A stretch of DNA of 64,000 nucleotides, taken from Alphaproteobacteria bacterium (GTDB taxonomy: Bacteria; Pseudomonadota; Alphaproteobacteria; Rs-D84). The position numbers were made by a program, and so were the translations under genes. The stretch is from positions 69,066 to 133,065 of the forward strand of contig JAFQOQ010000009.1 in the NCBI GenBank assembly GCA_017403085.1. The letters run 5' to 3'. The notes beneath the pieces are model-generated. The model was not told the origin of the DNA. It worked only from the letters and a program-made list of their open reading frames with translations, and made no database searches. Position 1 is the first letter of the stretch. The number at the start of each line of letters is the position of its first letter. Shown one piece after another: positions 52,108-60,086 of the stretch.

Positions 52108-52428
52108 TTATGCTGCAATAGAAGTTCGTTGTTCGTTTTGATTGCTTGGAACGATTGTCATTTGAACTCCAACTGCGTTTAAAAAGTTTCTTATTGTACT
52201 AAATTCTGTACGAGTATTTTCTGTTAGTGATTTATATAATGAAGGACGGGAAACCCCCATCTTTCGAGCTATTTCTGACATGTTTCGTGCGCGAGCAACA
52301 TTATTTAATGCACGTTTTATTTCTTCGTCAGTTCCATCACTAAAAACATCTGATAGATATGCGGAGATTGCTTCTTCACTATCTAGAAACTCAGCGATAT
52401 CAAAATCGCGAATATTTAATTTTTTCAT
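52108..52428 (-). CDS. Addiction-module antidote protein (HigA/HI1420-like HTH)
   Basis: FDIAEFLDSEEAI.AYL...ALNNVARARNMSEIA..MGVSRPSLYKSL. Confidence 0.9.
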   Translation of the reverse strand: MKKLNIRDFDIAEFLDSEEAISAYLSDVFSDGTDEEIKRALNNVARARNMSEIARKMGVSRPSLYKSLTENTRTEFSTIRNFLNAVGVQMTIVPSNQNEQRTSIAA

Positions 52429-52470
52429 TTTTTTCCCTTCTTTTTTTTGTTTTTATTGTTGCCCTCTTGT

Positions 52471-52794
52471 TTATACCTCCTTTGCCATTTCCTGCGCTTT
52501 TTTTATATCCTTGTTTTGAGTTGATTTGTCGCCTGCGCATAACAGGAATACAATTGTTCGATCTCTTATTGTGTAATATATTCTGTATCCAGGCCCCTGG
52601 TTGATTTTTAGCTCTGAAACACCACCTTTTACAGATTTATGGTTGCCGAAATTACCTTCACTAATTTGGTATAGTCTGCGCAATACTGCTGAACGTAACC
52701 TAAAATCTTGTTGTTCGTATAGCCATTCTGCAAATTCTTCTGTTTGTTTAACTATATACCGTGTCATTACATGTTTTTCCTTTTTGTCTTTCAT
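52471..52794 (-). CDS. RelE/HigB-family addiction-module killer protein
   Basis: F.EWL...D......RL.....GNFGNHKSV.GGVSELKI.QGPGYRIYY...LLCAGDKSTQ.KDI. Confidence 0.92.
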   Translation of the reverse strand: MKDKKEKHVMTRYIVKQTEEFAEWLYEQQDFRLRSAVLRRLYQISEGNFGNHKSVKGGVSELKINQGPGYRIYYTIRDRTIVFLLCAGDKSTQNKDIKKAQEMAKEV

Positions 52795-53030
52795 AATTAT
52801 TTATATTTTGTATTGTATCCTATAGAATACAAAAAGTCAAGTAAAAAATAACTGTTAATTGTTATGTTTTACAGAAAGCTCATGATATATGCCTTGTATG
52901 AAGTATTGTTGCTTATAATTTTTTTGCAATAATATAAAAACAATATAAAATAAATATAAATAAAAAATACTTGACAAGAAAGAATATGTGTTTGATAATC
53001 TATATCAAAATAAAACAAAAGGAAAACAAT

Positions 53031-53663
53031 ATGCCTTTAACAAGATGGACGAATGTACAAACTAAAAACACAAACAAAGAACCAAAGGTGTCGATTCTGC
53101 CTAATGGTTTGTTTCTTTTTAACAAAGCATCAAAAGATACGTTCAAAATTCCAGAAACATGTAAATATGTACAATTGTATTATGATGAAGATACACAACA
53201 GGTTGTTTTTGAATTTGTAAGTACTACGACTGATGAAGTTCCGGTGAAAGTACACTTTAGCAAAACAGGAATGCATTTTTCTGCCAAAGGGTTTATAAAA
53301 TTATTCCAAACAAAAATTGAAGAAACCACACAATTTATAGTAAAAAAATATAAAACAAATAGCCTGATGACATATCTGGATAAACAACTACATGAAACAC
53401 AAAAGACAACCAGAAGGCCTGTGTTAAACTTTATTGAGATGGGGATACCAATTGGCTCAACATTGGTCTATACCAAGAATAAAAATATTACAGCCAAAGT
53501 AATTTCGCATAATAGGGTTGAATTTAATGGTCAAATTTATGCGCTGTCATCGCTAACTAAGGATTTGAAAGATTTGTCCTATTATTTAGCACCATGTGGA
53601 TTTTGGACTTATCAAGGCAAGAAACTATCCAATATTTATGATGAAACTTATTTGCAAAAATAA
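53031..53663 (+). CDS. Protein with C-terminal RAMA-like domain
   Basis: RRP.LNF.EMGIP.G...V.F.G....LS.L......P..FWTYQGKKL..IY.ETY. Confidence 0.55.
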   Translation: MPLTRWTNVQTKNTNKEPKVSILPNGLFLFNKASKDTFKIPETCKYVQLYYDEDTQQVVFEFVSTTTDEVPVKVHFSKTGMHFSAKGFIKLFQTKIEETTQFIVKKYKTNSLMTYLDKQLHETQKTTRRPVLNFIEMGIPIGSTLVYTKNKNITAKVISHNRVEFNGQIYALSSLTKDLKDLSYYLAPCGFWTYQGKKLSNIYDETYLQK

Positions 53664-53968
53664 ACACCGCCCAATTGGGCGGTTTGTATTTGAAATGTTT
53701 TACTGTTCTGTAACTTCTTTGGCTTTAGTTTTGTGTCAGAAACACAAGAAAATAAACTAATCAATAATAAAGAGCTACCAAATATAATTGCATAAATAAA
53801 TTCTAAACACAGAATACTTGACACCAAAGCTATGGTTTGTTCCCTTGGAATAACGGCCATCTTTGTTATTATTAAGGAGTAAATAGGGATAAACATTATA
53901 GAAAACCACAGCCAAGATATTTTTATTCCTTGTTGTATTTTATTTATGTATTCAACTCGTTTTGTCAT
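53648..53968 (-). CDS. Hypothetical membrane protein
   Basis: Two TMs; last gene of the minus-strand operon; 3' end runs through a terminator hairpin. Confidence 0.5.
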   Translation of the reverse strand: MTKRVEYINKIQQGIKISWLWFSIMFIPIYSLIITKMAVIPREQTIALVSSILCLEFIYAIIFGSSLLLISLFSCVSDTKLKPKKLQNSKTFQIQTAQLGGVYFCK

Positions 53969-53989
53969 ACTGTAATCTCTTCGTATATA

Positions 53990-54766
53990 CTATTGAATGC
54001 CCATTTGTTTAAAACGCTTCATGGTGTCAGAGTCTATACAGCGTTTGAATTTTCTAGTACGCTTGAGGCTTCCTTCTTTATTTCTATATTTCATATCAAT
54101 GCCGGTATCTTGAAAAACACCACCTAGCCACTTTTCACCATCAACAAAATGTTTGTCTATACGATTTTTTACAACAAAAAAGGTTAGAGGCCAATTGTTA
54201 TCAGCTGCTGTCATTCGATACTGTTCGTCAACAATAACCATCAGTCCTTCATCGGTTTGCTGATGGGTACGATAAACTTCATCGTATACCAATACAGATT
54301 TTTCAATATCACAACCTGTTTCTTTTTCCCATTTTTTAATAAATGCATTTAGTTCTTCTGCCTTCTTTTTCTCTTCTTTTTCCTTTTGTTTTGCTAATTC
54401 TGCAACTTCTTTGTCTTTCTTTTGTATATATGTGTCTATTATCCCAGAAGAGCACGAATATACCGTTTCCTTATCCAAATCAATTCTCTTTTTTCCCCAC
54501 ATAAAATACTCATTGGAATCTTCTGTCTTTTCTTCCAATTTGCACATATCCTTATTTTTTTTATCGTTTAAATGGACGATAAAAGTATCATCTATTTTGT
54601 ATGTGGTAGCAGCTAAAGACATTGCGTCTTCGTTTGTAATACAAACATAATCGCTATCTAATGAATTTCTATGGGCTTCATTGACATGGTAGCATTTGTA
54701 GGGTTTTTGGATATACGAACAGCCAAAAAGTAGAGTAACCAAAGATAGAAAAAATGTCATTTTCAT
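53990..54766 (-). CDS. Hypothetical lipoprotein
   Basis: Lipobox LLFGC; central coiled coil. Confidence 0.65.
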   Translation of the reverse strand: MKMTFFLSLVTLLFGCSYIQKPYKCYHVNEAHRNSLDSDYVCITNEDAMSLAATTYKIDDTFIVHLNDKKNKDMCKLEEKTEDSNEYFMWGKKRIDLDKETVYSCSSGIIDTYIQKKDKEVAELAKQKEKEEKKKAEELNAFIKKWEKETGCDIEKSVLVYDEVYRTHQQTDEGLMVIVDEQYRMTAADNNWPLTFFVVKNRIDKHFVDGEKWLGGVFQDTGIDMKYRNKEGSLKRTRKFKRCIDSDTMKRFKQMGIQ

Positions 54767-54776
54767 TTGTCGTCCT

Positions 54777-55298
54777 TTATTTAACATAATAAATATCCTG
54801 TTTGTCGCATTGCTTATATAATATTTCTGCGGTTTTTACATCTTCAGGACAAGAATAAAACATGACTTCTGCCGCACTGCAATAGAATGCCACATTTTTA
54901 TATATACATCCAAAGTATATTGTTATATCATTTTTTTGTATGATTTGAGTATATGAGTCTTGGCTAGAAAACTTTATCGTCATCAACTTTGTGTTGTCGG
55001 GTTCTAAAGCGTCATAAATATATTTCATTAGACCATATTGACTAAAAGGTTGTCTTTTGCACACTCCATCAGAGTTTTTCTTCATATGTTTTATGTGTTT
55101 GGTTATTTCTGATTTTTCTTTGGAAGCGAATGTCACATACATAATTTCTTTTGTATTGGAATTATAATATGAAGAGCATTTGTATTCGTGCCATTTATCC
55201 TTTTGGGTGGTTATGTGTGCGACAAAACAAATGCACGCAATCATTAATGTGACAATAACAATAATTAAATAACTAGGAATTATAAGCCTTTTTTTCAT
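54777..55298 (-). CDS. Exported Cys-rich hypothetical protein (paralog B)
   Basis: N-terminal TM; C.YK...F.C...CP....AE.L...C. Confidence 0.65.
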   Translation of the reverse strand: MKKRLIIPSYLIIVIVTLMIACICFVAHITTQKDKWHEYKCSSYYNSNTKEIMYVTFASKEKSEITKHIKHMKKNSDGVCKRQPFSQYGLMKYIYDALEPDNTKLMTIKFSSQDSYTQIIQKNDITIYFGCIYKNVAFYCSAAEVMFYSCPEDVKTAEILYKQCDKQDIYYVK

Positions 55299-55308
55299 GA
55301 TATTCCTC

Positions 55309-55893
55309 TTATTTTAAAAGTTCATTAGGTGTGTATTGGCATATGGATTTTAGCGTTTCTGCTTCATGTTCTGTTGCAGGACAATCCCATTTGATTGGGG
55401 AATATTGTTCTGTGTGACATTCGTATCTTGCTGTTTTATATTGACAGACAATAAGCTCTTTTGTGCCAAATCGACTAAAAAAATCAACCTGATACATATC
55501 TTTTTTTAGGGGATATCTTTGTACTGCTAAATTAGCCCCCAACGGATTACCAGATTTCAATATTTCCAGCAAGTCCATGTTACCGTTCATCTTGTCTAAT
55601 ACTTGATATAAAGAAAAAGCAGTTTTCGTTTTTTTGTTCATTTTTATGTGATAATCACCTTTGTCAAAACAAAAATATCCAGTATTTTTCATATGAAAGG
55701 TTATCTCATTAATAAGCATTTGGTCATCGGAATAAAAAATATACACAACCTGATTTTTTGCATCTAAGCAAGCTCGTTCTATATTATCATTTTTGTGATT
55801 GCCTGTTGTACAATATATTACTCCGACAATAATGCATACGCATACAGCTAAGAGCCATAAATATATTTTTCGATTATTCTTTGTAATAGCCAT
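55309..55893 (-). CDS. Exported Cys-rich hypothetical protein (paralog A)
   Basis: N-terminal TM; C.YK...Y.C...CP....AE.L...C. Confidence 0.65.
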   Translation of the reverse strand: MAITKNNRKIYLWLLAVCVCIIVGVIYCTTGNHKNDNIERACLDAKNQVVYIFYSDDQMLINEITFHMKNTGYFCFDKGDYHIKMNKKTKTAFSLYQVLDKMNGNMDLLEILKSGNPLGANLAVQRYPLKKDMYQVDFFSRFGTKELIVCQYKTARYECHTEQYSPIKWDCPATEHEAETLKSICQYTPNELLK

Positions 55894-55920
55894 AACGAAC
55901 TCTCTCAATTAAATAAAAAG

Positions 55921-56155
55921 TTAGACCGCCATAGGATGTTAGGCGGTCGGGGAGTTCTCAAATCAGCGTATTAGTGATTCTGTTGTTTTCGGGTTGCCCC
56001 TGTTGTATAGCAAACAGCTCCCCGACTTATACAAGTCAGGGATAAATCACGACACAAAACCACAGGAATGACATCGGATGACGATGCCGTCAGTAATTTT
56101 GCACCGAATACGCTGGGCTTGAGATAGCCCCGAACCCATATCCCTATGGATTCAT
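55921..56155 (-). ncRNA. Structured leader RNA switch (C4-like), copy B
   Basis: Minus strand: TCTCAA/TTGAGA, CAGCGTATT/AATACGCTG, CCCTGACTT/AAGTCGGGG, alternative GTCGGGGAG/CTCCCCGAC overlapping GACCGCC/GGCGGTC hairpin; promoter TTGAGA..TAGACT at 56188-56161. Confidence 0.7.
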
Positions 56156-56358
56156 TTCATAGTCTATCACTAAAAATCAAAAATCTCAATTAGATATTAA
56201 AAGTATGGATTTTGTATTTGGTATGATTGAGTAGGGGTAAAAACTTTACATAGAAAAATGGTGTGCCGGTGAAAGTGGCGGTGTTTATTTCCCAGTATGG
56301 GAGGTTGACTTTTTTTGTGATATTCAGAATAATACAGGTGATTATACGAAAAGGGGAA

Positions 56359-56862
56359 ATGTTTATGCGTAAATTGTTATTGGCATTGTTGGCGTTGGTG
56401 CCGTCATCTGTTATGGCAAATCCGGCGTGTCCGGTATGTACGATTGCCGTTGGGGCGGGGCTGGATATTGCGCGTCGTTTGGGCGTGCCGGACAGTATTG
56501 TTGGGCTGTGGGCCGGGGCGCTGTTGACGTTGCTGGGGTATTGGATGTTGAAATTTATGGACAAGAAAAATTGGCATTTCCGTGGACGCGATGCGATTGT
56601 TATTGTTTTGTCCGTTGCGATGATTGGGTTTGTTTATCTGGGGACTGTACAATATAATCCAGTTGCGATTTGTGGTGGATTGGTTATGGATCCGGTGTTA
56701 TTCGGCACGATTTGCGGTGCGTTGATATTTATTGGAACTGGTAAATTGTATCAATGGATGAAGGCGAAAAATGGTGGGCATGCGCATTTTCCGTTTGAAA
56801 AGGTTGTGTTGCCGATTGTCGCATTGGCATTGGCCAGTTGGGCGATGATGTTGTGTTTTTAA
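56359..56862 (+). CDS. Membrane protein with N-terminal CPVC motif
   Basis: Signal peptide then ACPVCTIAVGAG; four TMs; HFPFEKV. Confidence 0.75.
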   Translation: MFMRKLLLALLALVPSSVMANPACPVCTIAVGAGLDIARRLGVPDSIVGLWAGALLTLLGYWMLKFMDKKNWHFRGRDAIVIVLSVAMIGFVYLGTVQYNPVAICGGLVMDPVLFGTICGALIFIGTGKLYQWMKAKNGGHAHFPFEKVVLPIVALALASWAMMLCF

Positions 56863-56877
56863 GCAAGGGGTGTTGAA

Positions 56878-57438
56878 ATGAAAAAAATAGAATCTGTTCA
56901 GGAATTTGTTGAAAAGTTGGATGCGGCAAAAAAGGTTAATCCAAAGGATTTGTCAAGCGACCAGGATTTGACAATTGGTATTATGAACCTGATTTCAATC
57001 GAAGAACATTTAATGTTTTCGGGTGCGAAAACCGGCAAGACACAGTTCTATGATTTGATTAATGAAGTGCGCGAAATGCGTAAAAACGCCATGCTGAAAA
57101 TTATTCCGGCGTACGAAGGTGAAGTGTGGTGTATTTCAAAGCATTTGTTGGCGGCCGCTATGCGCGTGTTCGAAGTTGGGACCAAGGCATTAGCCGCGGG
57201 GGACAAGGAAACAGCGTATTCCCTGTTTGACCAGTCGTATGAATTGTATTGTATGTTCTGGGGATTGAATATGGGGATGTTGACCGGGGACAAGAAAGAT
57301 GTGAAAGTCGCCAAGAAGGTCGCACCAGCCAAAGCCGCCCAAGCACCAGTTGTTGCCAAAGAAGAAAAAACAGCCAAAGGTGGTATGGGCAAGTTGAAAA
57401 GTTGGGTAAAAAATGCTGTGAATTGTTGTATTGAATAA
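56878..57438 (+). CDS. Hypothetical protein with EEH, WCISKH and C-terminal CCIE motifs
   Basis: Co-oriented with the CPVC protein, followed by a terminator at 57437-57462. Confidence 0.75.
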   Translation: MKKIESVQEFVEKLDAAKKVNPKDLSSDQDLTIGIMNLISIEEHLMFSGAKTGKTQFYDLINEVREMRKNAMLKIIPAYEGEVWCISKHLLAAAMRVFEVGTKALAAGDKETAYSLFDQSYELYCMFWGLNMGMLTGDKKDVKVAKKVAPAKAAQAPVVAKEEKTAKGGMGKLKSWVKNAVNCCIE

Positions 57439-57534
57439 AAATCCCGCCATTTGGCGGGTTTTTATTTGTGTTGGTATGTTGTACTTTGTGCTTGCTTTTT
57501 TGTTTGCTATCCGTATAATTGGCGGGAAGTTAAT

Positions 57535-57608
57535 GCCCTAATAGTCTAGTGGTAAAACACGTCCTTGGTAAGGACGAGTCGCAAGTCCGATTCTTGCTTA
57601 GGGCACCA
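57535..57608 (+). tRNA. tRNA-Thr (GGT)
   Basis: GCCCTAA...CGTCC-TTGGTAA-GGACG...GCAAG-TCCGATT-CTTGC-TTAGGGC-ACCA. Confidence 0.93.
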
Positions 57609-57718
57609 TCCGCTTTCGCTTGCGCTACAGCGAGATTGATTTTGAATAAAATCAAGCGAAGGTGTAGGGTTAGAGAAACGGATGTCGCGCTGTAATGAAC
57701 GTAGTGAATGAAAGCGGA
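57609..57718 (+). repeat. Palindromic structured element between tRNA-Thr and the GIY-YIG gene
   Basis: TCCGCTTTC/GAAAGCGGA termini; TACAGCG/CGCTGTA; TTGATTTT/AAAATCAA. Confidence 0.7.
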
Positions 57719-57725
57719 CTTTTTG

Positions 57726-57965
57726 ATGTTTTATGTTTATCTTTTGCGAAGTATAAATTTCCCAGAACGTTTTTATGTTGGTTGTACAGGTGATTTAAAA
57801 AGACGCTTAAAAGAACATAATGATGGAAAATCGATATATACCAATAAATTTAAACCATGGACCCTGCATGGGTATGTGGCGTTTGATAGTGAAGAGAAAG
57901 CACGGAATTTTGAAAATTTTCTTAAAACAGGTAATGGCAGAATATTTCAAAAGAAATTCTTTTGA
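57726..57965 (+). CDS. Small stand-alone GIY-YIG nuclease
   Basis: FYVYLL...FYVGCT.DL.RRL.EHN.G.S.YT....PW......E..LK.G.G. Confidence 0.9.
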   Translation: MFYVYLLRSINFPERFYVGCTGDLKRRLKEHNDGKSIYTNKFKPWTLHGYVAFDSEEKARNFENFLKTGNGRIFQKKFF

Positions 57966-57987
57966 TTGTATTTTTTTTATAAATTGC

Positions 57988-58016
57988 TTGCCATTGAGAA
58001 AAAAGGTAGATATACT
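57988..58016 (+). promoter_or_regulatory. Sigma70 promoter of the aspS leader
   Basis: TTGCCA-17 bp-TATACT. Confidence 0.75.
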
Positions 58017-58021
58017 CTTGT

Positions 58022-58200
58022 CTGTGAGATTCATCCGTTTTGCGTTGTGATGATATGACTGACAACCATGGAATGACGCAACAGATAAAAAAGTTATAAA
58101 TCAGGGTGGCACCGCGCAGCCGAATTGACTTGCGCCCCTGAAGGTTAACAATCAAATGTGGGTGCCGAAATTCCAAATTTTGTTTTTCGCGCCCGAAATA
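58022..58200 (+). promoter_or_regulatory. T-box riboswitch-like leader of aspS
   Basis: Antiterminator TCAGGG-[TGGCACC]-GCGCAG...TTGCGC-CCCTGA (58101-58141); short upstream stem 58033-58086 with GAC in its loop. Confidence 0.8.
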
Positions 58201-58216
58201 AAAAAAAGGGACCAAA

Positions 58217-59986
58217 ATGTTATCTTTGAAATCAAAGTACAGAACGCATACATGTGGTGAACTAAACACATCTAATGTGGGCGAAAGTGTTGTTTTATCG
58301 GGTTGGGTACATCGCAAACGCGACCACGGGTCATTGATGTTTGTTGACCTGCGTGATAATTACGGTATTACCCAGGTGGTTTTTGACGGTGGTAACGAGG
58401 CGTTGGAAAAAGTACGCCCGGAATCCGTGATTAAGGTTGTTGGCACCGTTGTTGCGCGTGATGCGTCGGCCGTCAATGATAAAATTCCAACCGGTGGTAT
58501 TGAAATTCAGGCGCAATCCTTTGAAGTTTTAACAAACGCAGATATTTTGCCATTCCAGGTATTTGGCGACGATGATTCTGTTGCCGAAGATTTAAGATTA
58601 AAATATCGCTATATCGATTTAAGACGTGAAAGTCTGCACAAAAATATTTTGTTCCGTAATCGCGTGATGAAATTCTTGCGCGATAAAATGTGGGATATGG
58701 GCTTTTCAGAATTCCAGACACCTATTTTGACCGCGTCATCGCCAGAGGGCGCGCGCGACTTTATCGTTCCCAGTCGCAATCATCATGGGATGTTCTATGC
58801 GTTGCCCCAGGCACCACAGCAGTTTAAGCAGTTTATTCAGATTTCTGGGTTTGACCGCTATTTCCAGATTGCGCCATGTTTCCGCGACGAAGATTTGCGT
58901 GCGGACAGATTGCTGGAATTTTATCAGTTGGATTTGGAAATGTCGTTTGTGGACCTGCCAGACATTCAGGCCGTCGGTAATAAATTAATGCCGGAAATGA
59001 TACGCGAATTTGTGCCTGGCGCAAAAATATGTCCGGAAATTCCACACATCCCATTTGACGAAGCGATGCTGAAATACGGTTCAGATAAACCTGATTTGCG
59101 TAATCCAATCATTATTCATGACGTGACGGAAATTTTCCGCGGGTCTGATTTTGGTATTTTTGCAAATGCCATTGAAAATGGCGCCGTTGTGCGTGCAATA
59201 CCCGCACCAAATTCAGCCGATAAACCACGTTCTTGGTTTGATAAATTGGGCGAATTTGCAGTCAAAGAATTAGGACTGGGTGGATTGGGATATATCGTGT
59301 TCGCCGAAGAAGCCAAGGGACCAGTTGCGAAAAAGTTAGATGAGGGGCGCATCGCAAAGTTGCGTGAAATCGCAGGTGATAATTCATCATTGTTCTTTGT
59401 TTGTGATGAAAAAAATACCGCAGCCAAGGCCGCCGGTAAATTGCGCAATAAATTGGGCGATGATTTGGGCCTAATTGACCCAAAAGAATTTAGATTCTGT
59501 TGGATAGAAGAATTCCCATTCTTTGAAGCGGACGAAGAATCACCAACGGGTATTGCATTTACGCATAATCCGTTCTCGTTCCCGATGGCAACGCTGGAAG
59601 AATTGAATACAAAAAATCCATTGGAAATCAAGGCTGCACAATTTGACATGGTATTAAATGGTGCGGAAATCTGCAGTGGTGGCTTGCGAAACTTTAACCC
59701 AGAGGTTATGTTAAAATGCTTTGACATCACCGGGTACAGCGAAGATGTGGTCAAGGAAAAGTTCGGTGGTATGTACACAGCATTCCAATACGGTGCGCCA
59801 CCACACGGTGGTTGTGCGTTCGGTTTGGACAGATTGGTTCAAATTATGTTGGATGAACCAAACCTGCGCCAGGTTGTGATTTTCCCAACCAATCAACGCG
59901 GACAAGACTTGATGATGGGTGCACCAACAACTGTAACAGAAAAGCAGTTGCGCGAAGTACACATTCAGGTTCGCAAAAAGAACTAA
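58217..59986 (+). CDS. aspS: Aspartate--tRNA ligase (probably non-discriminating Asp/Asn)
   Basis: YRTHTCGEL, RKRDHG, LPQAPQQFKQ, CFRDED.RADR, GAPPHGG.AFGLDR. Confidence 0.96.
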   Translation: MLSLKSKYRTHTCGELNTSNVGESVVLSGWVHRKRDHGSLMFVDLRDNYGITQVVFDGGNEALEKVRPESVIKVVGTVVARDASAVNDKIPTGGIEIQAQSFEVLTNADILPFQVFGDDDSVAEDLRLKYRYIDLRRESLHKNILFRNRVMKFLRDKMWDMGFSEFQTPILTASSPEGARDFIVPSRNHHGMFYALPQAPQQFKQFIQISGFDRYFQIAPCFRDEDLRADRLLEFYQLDLEMSFVDLPDIQAVGNKLMPEMIREFVPGAKICPEIPHIPFDEAMLKYGSDKPDLRNPIIIHDVTEIFRGSDFGIFANAIENGAVVRAIPAPNSADKPRSWFDKLGEFAVKELGLGGLGYIVFAEEAKGPVAKKLDEGRIAKLREIAGDNSSLFFVCDEKNTAAKAAGKLRNKLGDDLGLIDPKEFRFCWIEEFPFFEADEESPTGIAFTHNPFSFPMATLEELNTKNPLEIKAAQFDMVLNGAEICSGGLRNFNPEVMLKCFDITGYSEDVVKEKFGGMYTAFQYGAPPHGGCAFGLDRLVQIMLDEPNLRQVVIFPTNQRGQDLMMGAPTTVTEKQLREVHIQVRKKN

Positions 59987-59987
59987 A

Positions 59988-60013
59988 TAAAATCCCCCAT
60001 CTGGGGGATTTTT
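59988..60013 (+). terminator. Intrinsic terminator after aspS
   Basis: AAAATCCCCCA-TC-TGGGGGATTTTT. Confidence 0.85.
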
Positions 60014-60086
60014 AAATTGGAATTCATACCTGTTGGAAAAGATTTTTTTCCACATATAATTTCGTGCATAAAATAAGAGAGAGAAT

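Larger units (their letters stand above)
51811..56200. mobile_element. Low-GC accessory islet downstream of tRNA-Met (no integrase seen)
   Basis: Visibly more AT-rich; TA pair, RAMA-like gene, exported paralogs, C4-like RNA; GGACATA direct repeat near 51905-51922. Confidence 0.55.

Noticed and set aside
51811-57608. Intact prophage or ICE at tRNA-Met
   Set aside because: No integrase, phage structural genes or convincing att duplicate of the tRNA 3' end found.
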